DNA of 64,000 bases from Terriglobia bacterium (GTDB lineage Bacteria > Acidobacteriota > Terriglobia > 2-12-FULL-54-10): positions 256,001-320,000 of the forward strand of contig CAXVYR010000004.1 in assembly GCA_963666975.2 (NCBI GenBank), given 5' to 3'. The stretch's first letter is position 1. Every line of letters begins with the position of its first letter. A program made the position numbers and the translations under genes. This document shows positions 55,059 to 64,000 of the stretch, in pieces. The notes below the pieces were generated by a model. That model searched no databases, was not told where the DNA came from, and saw nothing but the letters and a program-made list of their open reading frames with translations.

Positions 55059-57276
55059 ATGCGCAAGTTGCCACGGCAATCGGTTCGGCTCCAGCATCTC
55101 CTTTTGGCGTTCCTCGGACTGCTGGCAATCTCCAGCGCACAGCCTGCAAGAGGGCAAGGCGCCGAAGGGCACAACGGCCAGTATCGTTACCGTGCCGTAT
55201 TTGTGGAGACTCCCCCAACTGTGGACGGCGACCTCTCCGACACAGTCTGGCAGGTAGCCGAGGTAATTGACCGGTTGATCCAGCAAGAACCGGACGCGGG
55301 AGCGCCGTCCTCGGAAAATACCGAGGTGCGAATAATCTATGACTCGACCGCTCTCTACATCGCCGCCTATTGCCACGACTCCGACCCCTCCGGAATCGTT
55401 CGGAATATCCGGAATCGTTCGGAATATCCTCCGTTTCCGGGACGATCCCGTGTGGACGAAAGACGACGTCATCCGTTTTGTTTTTGACACTTTTCACGAT
55501 CACCGGCGAGGGTATGTATTTTCCATCAACGCGCTCGGAACCAAACAGGATTCCCAGATTGACAACAACGTATGGAACTCAAGCTGGGACGAGGTCTGGG
55601 ATGTCCGCACGCGCTTGCAGGATGACGGATGGACTTTAGAGGCTCGCATCCCGTTTCGCATTCTCCGGTTCCCCACCGGCGGCGATGGAGTGTGGGGCTT
55701 TAATATCGAACGAATCATCAAACGCAAGAACGAATCTTCACATTGGGCGCCGATCCCTCCCGGATTTTTCCTCTCCAGGGAGGAAAATTACGGACACCTG
55801 GTAGGACTCTCCGAGATTGAACCCCGGCGGAACGTGCAAATCATCCCTTATGGGCTGCTCGGAGGAGCGCGTTCGAAAGGGGTCAGCGGCGCAGACTCCA
55901 CGCTGGAAGGAGGGGCTGACTTGAAAATGTCGGTCGCCTCGTCTCTTTCCCTCGACATGACCTACAACCCCAGCTTCGCGCAGGTGGAGGCCGACGACGA
56001 GCAGGTCAACCTCACGCGTTTCTCTCTGTTCTTTCCGGAAAAGCGGGAGTTCTTCCTGGAAAACGCCCAGCTGTTCAATTTCGGGATCAATCGGGATACC
56101 CAGCTTTTCTTTAGCCGCCGCATTGGGCTGGTACGCGGTGAAGCAGTGCCGATTTTGGGCGGGGCCCGTCTCAGCGGCAAGGCCGGAGCTTTCGACGTCG
56201 GGCTGCTCACGACACAGACCGAGAGCCATCCGGAAGCTCCCAGCGCAAACTTGAGCACCGTGCGCGCGCGATGGAACGTGGGACAACGGTCCTACATTGG
56301 AGGAATCTTTACCTCCGCTTCTTCCGACGCCCAAGCCAACAGGGCCTTCGGCCCGGATGCTCTCATCTGGCTGAGCAGGAACCTTCGCGCCGAAGGGTTC
56401 CTGGCAGTCATCGACGACCGGGAAGTTGCCGAGCGGCCTGTCTCCTTCTCCGGCGCTTTGATTTACGATGAGGACCTGTGGGAAGCCAGCTTCCGGACTC
56501 TTTCGGTGGAGGAAAATTTCAATCCCGCCCTGGGATTTGTTCGCCGGGACGACATTCGCCGCCACACGGGAAGCCTGCGGCGCAGTTGGCGCTTGAACCG
56601 GAAATGGGTCCGGAAGGTGAATTTCTCGGCAGACATAGCTTACCTCACGGATCAGCAGGACCGCCTGGACACACGCCAGTGGCTGCTCGAAGCCTCCGAT
56701 GAGCTGGATTCCGGGGACCAGATTCGCTTTCAAGTTTCGCGCAACTTCGAGCGCATCCTCGCCGACGATGATCCCTTTGTCATCAATCCCCGCCGGGGTA
56801 TCGTCATTCCTCCCGGCGACTATGGCTTCAACCGTTGGCTGGTTGGATACCAAGGATTTGAGGGCCGGGCGTTGGTACCGGGAGTTGAAATCGAGCGGGG
56901 AGAGTTTTATGGCGGGGAGCGAACGGCGCTGACCCTTTCGGGAACATGGCGAGCTTCCCCCCACATGGTGCTGCGGGGAGACTACGAGTACAACGACATT
57001 TCCCTGCCCCCAGGAGCCTTCGCGACCCATCTGTGGCGCGCGCGGTTCAGCGTGCCCATCACCGCTCGTGCCACCGCCGATGCCTTCTTCCAATGGAACG
57101 GTCTGACGCAGCAGGGCGATAAGGAAATCAACACACAACTGCGGTTCCACCTGATCTATGCGCGGGACAGCAACCTCTTTGTTGTTTTTACCGACCAGCG
57201 GCGCAATCGCGGCGCGGGCATTATCGAGCGGGATCAAGCCATCCAGATGAAGATGACTTACCGGATCTACTGGTAG
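55059..57276 (+). pseudogene. CBM9-like/DUF5916 outer-membrane protein, frameshifted by a 19-bp tandem duplication
   Basis: Signal plus PTVDGDLSD..W and QQEP in one frame; DTFHDHRRGY, NPSFAQVEAD, FFPEKREFFLE, FFSRRIG in another; duplication at 55391-55428. Confidence 0.85.
55391..55428 (+). repeat. Perfect 19-bp tandem duplication (CGGAATCGTTCGGAATATC x2)
   Basis: Read directly from the sequence. Confidence 0.95.
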
Positions 57277-57293
57277 GCGCAAACGCTTCCCCA

Positions 57294-57329
57294 AATTTCT
57301 GCATCCCGGCCTGAATTTCTGCATCCCGG
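57294..57329 (+). repeat. 16-bp direct repeat AATTTCTGCATCCCGG x2, period 20
   Basis: Read directly; upstream of the DUF547 gene. Confidence 0.85.
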
Positions 57330-57383
57330 AGGTGTTGTGCTAATCTAATTGATAGAGTCTAAATCTCTGGCGGTGATACGAAA

Positions 57384-58196
57384 ATGCGCTGGCGTGCGAT
57401 TTATTTTCTAGTTGTACTTATAGCCGGTTTTTTGCTGACCCCTTGGGCAGCCCGCGCGGAAGTTTCTGATGTCTCCTTTGATTACTCTCCCTTCGCGCGT
57501 GTTCTCGACCATTACGTGACCGAGCGGGGATTCGTCCAATATGCACGGCTCCAGGCCGACCGCGGCGATCTGGACGCGTTCATGGAGCAACTGGCCCAGG
57601 TCAGCCCGGGAAATTCCCCGGAGATATTTCCAGAGAGACAAGACCAGCTCGCCTACTGGATCAACGCCTACAACGCCATCGTGATGAAAGGCATCCTGGA
57701 CCACTACCCGGTCGAGAGCCTCAGCGAAATCAGCTTTATGTACGGTTTTTTCTGGAAGCTGAAGTTTCCCGTCGGCGGGCGCGAGTACACCCTGAACGAC
57801 ATCGAGCACGGGATTCTCCGCCCGCGCTTTCAGGAGCCTCGCATCCACTTCGCCATCAACTGCGCCTCGGCCGCCTGTCCGAAGCTCACACGCGAGCCCT
57901 ACCTGCCGGAGAAACTGGACGAACAACTGGACCAAGCCGCGCGCTTTTTTATCGGCGAAAGCCGCAACGTGCGCCCGGAGCCGGAGTCGAACCGGCTGTA
58001 TCTTTCCATGATCTTCAACTGGTTCCTGGATGATTTCCGGAACTACGCGCGGGAAAACCTCGGCAAGCAATACCCGTCCGTGCTCGACTACATCCTCCTG
58101 CACGCCTCACCGGAATTGAAGAACTACATCGAATCGAGCAAACCAAAAATCCGCTACGTCCCTTACGACTGGTCGCTGAACGACGCCGGGAAGTGA
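57384..58196 (+). CDS. DUF547 domain periplasmic protein
   Basis: LAYWINAYNA, TLNDIEHGILR, EPRIHFAINCASAACP, YDWSLN. Confidence 0.92.
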   Translation: MRWRAIYFLVVLIAGFLLTPWAARAEVSDVSFDYSPFARVLDHYVTERGFVQYARLQADRGDLDAFMEQLAQVSPGNSPEIFPERQDQLAYWINAYNAIVMKGILDHYPVESLSEISFMYGFFWKLKFPVGGREYTLNDIEHGILRPRFQEPRIHFAINCASAACPKLTREPYLPEKLDEQLDQAARFFIGESRNVRPEPESNRLYLSMIFNWFLDDFRNYARENLGKQYPSVLDYILLHASPELKNYIESSKPKIRYVPYDWSLNDAGK

Positions 58197-58320
58197 GGCG
58201 AGCGGTTGTAGCTGCCCTTCATTACAGAATTTTGAAGCCTCCTTGCACGATCCCGAGGGCCACGGCGTAACAAAAGCTGTGCTATCCTCAAACGGGGCAT
58301 CCGCCCGTCAGCGCGAAACT

Positions 58321-59025
58321 GTGCGGTACTATCCGATATTCCTGAATCTCGGTTCCCGAAAAACCCTGGTGGTCGGCGCGGGCCGCGTGGCGGAGCGCAA
58401 GGTGAAAACCCTCTTGCAGGCCGGAGCGCGAGTAACCGTAGTAGCTCCCCGGGCGTCTGCTGCCCTGAAAAAACTCGCGGCGGCGGGCAAAATCCGCTGG
58501 CAACGGCGGCGCTACGCCTCCGGCGACATGAAAGGAGCGGCCCTGGTATTCAGCGCCACCGATTCGGGCGCGACCGAACGCACAGTGGCGGCTGATGCTT
58601 CCCGCCGGGGAATTCCGGTCAACTGCGCCGGTTCCCCGGAGTTCGGGTCCTTTCTAGTTCCCGCACAGGCAGTCCGCGGTCGCCTGCATATCGCCGTCTC
58701 CACCGGAGGAGCGAGTCCGGCGCTGGCGCGGAAGCTCAGCCGCGAACTGAAGAAAATGATTGGACCGGAATACGCCGAATGGACACGCCTGCTGGCACGG
58801 CTCAGGCCGCAGATTCTGGAATCAGTGCTTGTCAGAGAGCGTCCTGGCGTGTTTGAGCTTCTGGCGAGCGACAGAATCTTTCGTCTGCTCCGGAACGGTG
58901 AAACACGCCGGGCAGCGGAATTGGCACGCGGCATCATTGCTCGCGTTACTGCGGCTGGCAACACCGTGACCGGCCAAAGGGGAAAGCGAACCTTGACCCG
59001 GAGAGCCAAAGCTGGCACACCTTAA
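58321..59025 (+). CDS. Precorrin-2 dehydrogenase/ferrochelatase (SirC/CysG N-terminal type)
   Basis: YYPIFL, VVGAGRVAERK, ATD, AVSTGGASPALA; GTG start inferred. Confidence 0.9.
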   Translation: MRYYPIFLNLGSRKTLVVGAGRVAERKVKTLLQAGARVTVVAPRASAALKKLAAAGKIRWQRRRYASGDMKGAALVFSATDSGATERTVAADASRRGIPVNCAGSPEFGSFLVPAQAVRGRLHIAVSTGGASPALARKLSRELKKMIGPEYAEWTRLLARLRPQILESVLVRERPGVFELLASDRIFRLLRNGETRRAAELARGIIARVTAAGNTVTGQRGKRTLTRRAKAGTP

Positions 59026-59028
59026 ATC

Positions 59029-60978
59029 ATGTCCACTCCGACTGCCGCCATCTCCAACATGTACTCCTGCTTCGGCCCTCGCGGGTGGCTGGAACGCTGC
59101 CATCCACAGTACGAGTACAGGGCCGGCCAACTGCAAATGGCAAAGGCAGTCGAGGCCGCCTTTCGCGAGAAGCGGCACCTGCTGGTGGAAGCCGGAACCG
59201 GAACCGGAAAGACGCTGGCCTACCTCATCCCGGCCATTGCCAGCGGTCAGAGGGTGGTAATCTCCACCGGCACCAAAAATCTTCAGGACCAGCTCTATCA
59301 CAAGGACGTCCCTTTCCTCGCCCAGCACCTGGGCCGTCCTCTGCGAGTCTGCTACATGAAGGGCCGGAACAACTACCTGTGCCGGCAAAAAGTCTACGAC
59401 GCGGAGCAGCAGCCGATTCTGCGCGGGCTGGAGCAGGTGGAAGAGTTCGCTCAGATTCGCGAATGGGAGCGGCACACCCCGACCGGAGACCGTGCCGAGC
59501 TGGAGGGTTTGCCCGAGAACAGCGAGCTGTGGAGCAAGCTGGACGCGCGGCGGGAAACCTGCACCGGGCAGAAATGCCCCCAGTACGAGCGCTGCTTTCT
59601 CACCGAGATGCACGCCCGTGCGCTCGAAAGCGATCTGGTGATCGTCAACCATCATTTATTTTTCGCCGATCTGGCTTTGCGCGAAACCGAGTACGCCAGC
59701 ATCCTGCCCAGCTATAGCGCCGTCATCTTCGACGAGGCTCACGAAATTGAGGAGATCGCGGGAAACTATTTCGGCTTGTCCCTCAGCACCCATCGTATCG
59801 AGGACTTGGTTCGAGACTGCGAGCAAACACTGCGGCTCAAGGACCTCGTTTCGGTTTCGAGACAACGGTCGCTCAAGCGCCTGCGGGAGCGCGCCAACCT
59901 ATTCTTTTCTCTGTTCCCGGCAGCGGAAGGCCGCTTCGGATTTGAGGACCGGGAACAATTCCTGGAGGCGAACTTTGAAGCCTATTCCGCGCTGCAAAAC
60001 GCCCTCTTGCGTCTCGACGGCGAGTTGAACTCCCTCCGCGAGAAACCGGAAGAAATCTACCCCCTGCTGCGGAGGCTGGCGGAGATGCGTTCCGAGCTGA
60101 CCTTTCTGATGGAGAGCCGGGACCGCAGTTTTGTCTTTTGGTATGAGCGGCGCAGCCGGGGGATCGCATTGCAGGCGACTCCTATTGACGTATCCCGCAT
60201 CCTCTCCGAAAAGCTCTTTGAGCAGACCGACACCGTGGTGCTGACCTCCGCCACGCTGTCGGTGGGCGGCAGCTTCGAGTTCATGAAGGCGAGGCTGGGA
60301 ATCCGCTATTCCAGGGAAGAGTTGCTGGAACCGCACTTTGACTATGCGGATCAGACGTTGCTTTACATCCCGCAGCGGATGCCCGACCCGCGGCACGAGG
60401 AATTCCCGCAGCGGGCCACCGATGAAGTCCTGCGCCTGCTCGAACTTTCCCGTGGCCGCGCCTTTGTCCTGTTCACCAGTTACCTGCAGATGCACCAGAT
60501 ATTTGAGCGAGTGAAAGACAAAGTGCGGTATCCTTTACTGTTGCAGGGAACGGCGCCCAAACAGGCCCTGCTGGAGCAGTTTCGCAGCCCGGAGATGGCG
60601 GGAGCGGTGCTGTTTGCTACCAGCAGTTTCTGGCAAGGGGTGGATGTGCCGGGCGCGCAGTTGAGCGCGGTGATTATTGACCGGCTTCCCTTCTCCGTAC
60701 CGAGTGACCCGGTGGTCCGGGCCCGCATTGAGAGCCTCCGTGATGAGGGCGGCAACCCCTTTTTCGACTATCAGGTGCCGGACGCGGTCATCGCCTTGAA
60801 GCAAGGCTTTGGCAGGCTGATCCGCAGCCGCGCTGACCGGGGGGTGCTGGCGATCCTGGACACGCGGATCGTCAAAAAGGGCTATGGACGGCTCTTTTTG
60901 GAGAGCCTGCCGCCCTACCGCGTAACCCGCGACATTGCCGACGTGGAGAATTTCTTTCAGCAAGGAGCAGTTCCCTAG
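59029..60978 (+). CDS. DinG/YoaA family ATP-dependent DNA helicase
   Basis: EAGTGTGKT, KGRNNYLC, Fe-S cysteines, DEAH, TSATL, FWQGVD, QGFGRLIR. Confidence 0.95.
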   Translation: MSTPTAAISNMYSCFGPRGWLERCHPQYEYRAGQLQMAKAVEAAFREKRHLLVEAGTGTGKTLAYLIPAIASGQRVVISTGTKNLQDQLYHKDVPFLAQHLGRPLRVCYMKGRNNYLCRQKVYDAEQQPILRGLEQVEEFAQIREWERHTPTGDRAELEGLPENSELWSKLDARRETCTGQKCPQYERCFLTEMHARALESDLVIVNHHLFFADLALRETEYASILPSYSAVIFDEAHEIEEIAGNYFGLSLSTHRIEDLVRDCEQTLRLKDLVSVSRQRSLKRLRERANLFFSLFPAAEGRFGFEDREQFLEANFEAYSALQNALLRLDGELNSLREKPEEIYPLLRRLAEMRSELTFLMESRDRSFVFWYERRSRGIALQATPIDVSRILSEKLFEQTDTVVLTSATLSVGGSFEFMKARLGIRYSREELLEPHFDYADQTLLYIPQRMPDPRHEEFPQRATDEVLRLLELSRGRAFVLFTSYLQMHQIFERVKDKVRYPLLLQGTAPKQALLEQFRSPEMAGAVLFATSSFWQGVDVPGAQLSAVIIDRLPFSVPSDPVVRARIESLRDEGGNPFFDYQVPDAVIALKQGFGRLIRSRADRGVLAILDTRIVKKGYGRLFLESLPPYRVTRDIADVENFFQQGAVP

Positions 60979-61416
60979 ATGTTTCAGGTATCCGTAGATG
61001 AAGTTTTCGCCGCCGGACATGCGCTGAGAGGCTATCGGGGGAAGTGTGAAAACATGCACGGCCATAACTACAAGATCCGGGTGACTCTCGCGGGCGAATC
61101 CCTGGACCACATCGGCCTGCTCTACGATTTCAAGGACCTGAAGGAAGCGATTCAATCGACCATCCGGAAACTCGACCACCGCTTCATCAATGAAATCCCG
61201 CCGTTTGACGTTTTGAACCCTTCGGCAGAGAACCTGGCAAAATATTTTTACGAGGAGACCATCCAGCTGCTTCCCTCTCAGTCCAAGGCAAACGGGAATG
61301 ATCAGAAACAAGGCAGCCCGGACGGGTCCCTGCATGTGTCCTACGTGACCGTCTGGGAAACGGACACGACGACGGCGACCTACTTTGAGGGCGACTCCCC
61401 GGGCGGGGCTCAGTAA
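60979..61416 (+). CDS. queD: 6-carboxytetrahydropterin synthase
   Basis: FAAGH, CENMHGHNY, LDH, PSAENLA, WET. Confidence 0.93.
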   Translation: MFQVSVDEVFAAGHALRGYRGKCENMHGHNYKIRVTLAGESLDHIGLLYDFKDLKEAIQSTIRKLDHRFINEIPPFDVLNPSAENLAKYFYEETIQLLPSQSKANGNDQKQGSPDGSLHVSYVTVWETDTTTATYFEGDSPGGAQ

Positions 61417-61458
61417 CCGGCTCCCCCCCGTCGCCCGGTTTCTAGGACGCGAGCCCCT

Positions 61459-61552
61459 GAGCCACAGAGACACGAAGACATATATGAAATACACTTCAGA
61501 GTCGCTTGATCCCATTTTATCAGGCCTCCGTGCCCCCGTGCCCCTGTGGCTT
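61459..61552. repeat. REP-like inverted repeat pair
   Basis: GAGCCACAGAGACACG ... CGTGCCCCTGTGGCTT between queD and queE. Confidence 0.6.
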
Positions 61553-61577
61553 ACAGCCTTCGGATGGCAACGCCTTC

Positions 61578-62237
61578 ATGCAGGTTACTGAAATCTTCCG
61601 CTCCATTCAGGGAGAATCCACCTTCGCGGGTCTGCCGTGCATTTTTATCCGCCTCACCGGCTGCAACCTGCGCTGCGTGTGGTGCGACACCGCCTACGCG
61701 TTTTACGGCGGCAACAAGATGTCGGTGGAAGAAATCCTGACGACTGTTCGGGAGCTGAGCGGCCGCTCGGAAGGCACGCCCGTAAAACTGGTGGAGGTGA
61801 CCGGAGGGGAACCGCTCCTGCAGCAGGAGGTCTATCCGCTCATCGCCCAGTTGCTGGCCAGCGGCTATCAGGTTTTGATTGAAACCAGCGGAGAGCGACC
61901 GATCCGGGACCTCCCCGCTCCTGTGGTTCGCGTAGTGGATGTAAAATGCCCCGGAAGCGGCGAGGGCGGATCATTCCTGCTGGAGAACTTGGAGCATTTG
62001 GCATCGCATGACCAACTGAAGTTCGTGCTTACGGACCGGCGCGACTACGAATGGGCTCGCGAGTTCTTGCAGGAACACCGGCTGCAAAACAAGGTAGAGA
62101 CCGTGATCTTTTCGCCCGTCTTTGGAAAAATGGAGCCGCGCCCGCTGGCCGAATGGATTCTCGAAGACGGGCTTCCCGTGCGCGTGGGGTTGCAACTGCA
62201 TAAATTTATTTGGGACCCGGAGACCACCGGTGTTTAA
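61578..62237 (+). CDS. queE: 7-carboxy-7-deazaguanine synthase (radical SAM)
   Basis: EIFRSIQGE, CNLRCVWCDT, TGGEP, ETSG, QLHK. Confidence 0.95.
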   Translation: MQVTEIFRSIQGESTFAGLPCIFIRLTGCNLRCVWCDTAYAFYGGNKMSVEEILTTVRELSGRSEGTPVKLVEVTGGEPLLQQEVYPLIAQLLASGYQVLIETSGERPIRDLPAPVVRVVDVKCPGSGEGGSFLLENLEHLASHDQLKFVLTDRRDYEWAREFLQEHRLQNKVETVIFSPVFGKMEPRPLAEWILEDGLPVRVGLQLHKFIWDPETTGV

Positions 62238-62258
62238 TCCCCGGCATCCAACTAAGAG

Positions 62259-62963
62259 ATGACAGCCAAGCCCAAGGCGATTGTTCTTCTCAGCGGAGGG
62301 ATGGATAGCTGTGTCACCACGGCCATTGCCGCCCGGGAGTGCCGCTTGGCGGCCCTGCACGTATCCTACGGACAGCTCACCGAAGCGCGGGAGCGCCGCG
62401 CCTTTGAGCAGATTGCCGACTTTTATCAAATCACCGAGCGATTGCATGTGGACCAATCCTACCTGCGGCGCATCGGCGGCTCGGCGCTCACGGACCCCAG
62501 TATTTCCTTGCGGGAGGCGGATTGGGAAGCTACCGACATTCCAGCCAGCTATGTGCCTTTCCGCAACGCCCATTTTCTGGCCGCGGCAGTCTCGTGGGCG
62601 GAGGCAATTGGAGCCAGTCGAATCTACATTGGAGCGGTGGAGGCCGACAGTTCCGGATATCCCGATTGCCGGCCCGAATATTACCAGGTTTATAACCAGT
62701 TGATAGCGGCCGGCACCCGTCCGGAAACGCGTATCGAAATCGTGACACCGCTCATTACGCTGCGAAAACAGGAGATTGTCAAAAAGGGGATTGAATTAGA
62801 CGCTCCATTTCATTTAAGCTGGTCTTGTTATCGGAGCCAGGAGATGGCGTGCGGCCGGTGCGACAGTTGCGCGCTCCGCCTGCGTGCTTTTGAGCAGGCT
62901 GGAGCAAAAGACGCCATCCCTTATGCAGCACAACCAAGCTATCATCCGCATGCGGCTTCCTAA
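62259..62963 (+). CDS. queC: 7-cyano-7-deazaguanine synthase
   Basis: LSGGMDS, YGQ, YVPFRN, GYPDCRP, SWSCY, CGRCDSC. Confidence 0.96.
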   Translation: MTAKPKAIVLLSGGMDSCVTTAIAARECRLAALHVSYGQLTEARERRAFEQIADFYQITERLHVDQSYLRRIGGSALTDPSISLREADWEATDIPASYVPFRNAHFLAAAVSWAEAIGASRIYIGAVEADSSGYPDCRPEYYQVYNQLIAAGTRPETRIEIVTPLITLRKQEIVKKGIELDAPFHLSWSCYRSQEMACGRCDSCALRLRAFEQAGAKDAIPYAAQPSYHPHAAS

Positions 62964-63062
62964 ATGCGGGCCGTCTGCAAAGTTCGAGCATCGCTGCCTG
63001 AGCCAAACCGCAGGTTCAAGCGTATTGTCTATCGTTTCCCTTAAGGGGGAGGGGGAGAATCC

Positions 63063-64000
63063 ATGTTGAAGAAGACGTTGGCGCTTGTTTCATTTTGTTT
63101 TTTCTTTGTGCTGGGCAGCCACCCGGCAATGGCACAGTTCGGCCAAATGAGAGGGTCCGTGATCAATGAAGATGGCACCCCGTTTGTGGGTGCGGAGATT
63201 CTTATTGACCGGGAAGACATCCGTGGTCACTACGAGCTCAAGACGGATAAAAACGGGAGGTTTTTCCATGCCGGTCTGCCGCTGGGACGCTACAGCGTCT
63301 CGGTCATTATGAGCAACGGTCAACCTTTCTCCATCGGAAATGTCCAGACTAACACTTCGGATCCCGCGATAGTTGAAATCGACCTCCAGCAGGAAAGAAT
63401 GCGGACGGAGGCGGCAGCCGCCGGGGTGCAAGTGGGAGAGGGCGAACTGAGCCCGGAGCAGATAGCAGCTATCGAAAAGGCATCTGCGGAAAGAGCGGAA
63501 CTGATCAAGCAACGCCAGGAGCTTACCGGCCGCTTCGACGAAGCTATGACGGCCATGGCAGCCAAGGATTACGACACGGCTATTCCGGCGTTCGAGGCGG
63601 CGGCGGAGGTGGACCCCACTCAACACGTGATCTTCGCCCAGCTCGGCGAAGCGTTCAGTGGAAAAGCGACAGCGGCCGGCAACTCGGCAGAAAAGAAGGA
63701 ATGGTACGAAAAAGCGGCGGCTTCCTATGAAAAGTCGCTCACGCTCAAACCGGAAGACCCCTCCTATCACAACAACTTCGCTCTGGCCTTGGCCAACGGA
63801 GGAAAGATCGCAGAGGCGCAGGCAGAGTTGGAAAAGGCCGCCGAACTGGACCCTGTAAATGGCGGGCGCTACTACTTCAACCTGGGAGCCGTGCTCATTA
63901 ACACGGGGAATATAGACGCGGCAATCGATGCCTTTCGCAAAGCCACCGAGGCAGACCAGAACTTTGCCGATGCCTTCTACCAACTGGGGGTAACCCTCAC
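63063..64000 (+). CDS. Exported carboxypeptidase-regulatory-like domain plus TPR protein (runs off the window end)
   Basis: GGGGGAG RBS; MLKKTLALVSF signal; KTDKNGRFFHAGLPLGRY; TPR units YHNNFALALA, YYFNLGAVL, AFYQLG. Confidence 0.85.
   Translation, partial: MLKKTLALVSFCFFFVLGSHPAMAQFGQMRGSVINEDGTPFVGAEILIDREDIRGHYELKTDKNGRFFHAGLPLGRYSVSVIMSNGQPFSIGNVQTNTSDPAIVEIDLQQERMRTEAAAAGVQVGEGELSPEQIAAIEKASAERAELIKQRQELTGRFDEAMTAMAAKDYDTAIPAFEAAAEVDPTQHVIFAQLGEAFSGKATAAGNSAEKKEWYEKAAASYEKSLTLKPEDPSYHNNFALALANGGKIAEAQAELEKAAELDPVNGGRYYFNLGAVLINTGNIDAAIDAFRKATEADQNFADAFYQLGVTL

Noticed and set aside
59029-62963. DinG helicase plus queD/E/C as a 7-deazaguanine DNA-modification (dpd) or QueC-based defence system
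   Set aside because: No dpdA/tgt-like, dpdB or nuclease genes are present. QueC is canonical in length and motifs, so ordinary queuosine precursor synthesis explains the cluster.

Overview
GC-rich bacterial DNA. The gene set (fused lptF/G, carboxypeptidase-like-domain TonB receptor and TPR protein, DUF5916) suggests Acidobacteria, but this is inference. The window has two parts. (1) About 1-31.6 kb is an accessory catabolic island with no transcription-factor gene and heavy internal duplication. It holds a three-subunit molybdenum hydroxylase (XDH/CoxLMS family, YRAPG loop, so not a form I CO dehydrogenase), a second near-identical large subunit and a fragment of a third. It also holds three Tat-signal NMT1/SsuA-type binding proteins with no permease, three signal-peptide amidohydrolase_3 paralogs plus a remnant of a fourth, an ACMSD-like amidohydrolase_2, a cyclase with three cupins, an SSS symporter, nitrilase, SDR, M20, M29 and alpha/beta hydrolase genes, and an LVIVD propeller. 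IS1380, IS1182 and IS6 debris and a recurring 40-bp upstream motif are scattered through it. The best reading is an undescribed N-heteroaromatic (pyridine-like) or amide scavenging system built by module duplication. (2) About 31.7-64 kb is mostly housekeeping: two tRNA-Ser genes, TonB receptor, iscS, mnmA, mazG, ssb, yacG, cinA, thpR, gpsA, DsbA, lptFG, DinG and queDEC. Its oddities are an intact IS256 that splits a GNAT gene but supplies a new in-frame start, a lone PaaA-like diiron/aryl-AMP ligase/hydrolase operon, a TrpD paralog with a degenerate PRPP site, and a DUF5916 gene frameshifted by a 19-bp tandem duplication. All family calls come from motif recognition by eye; no database searches were run.
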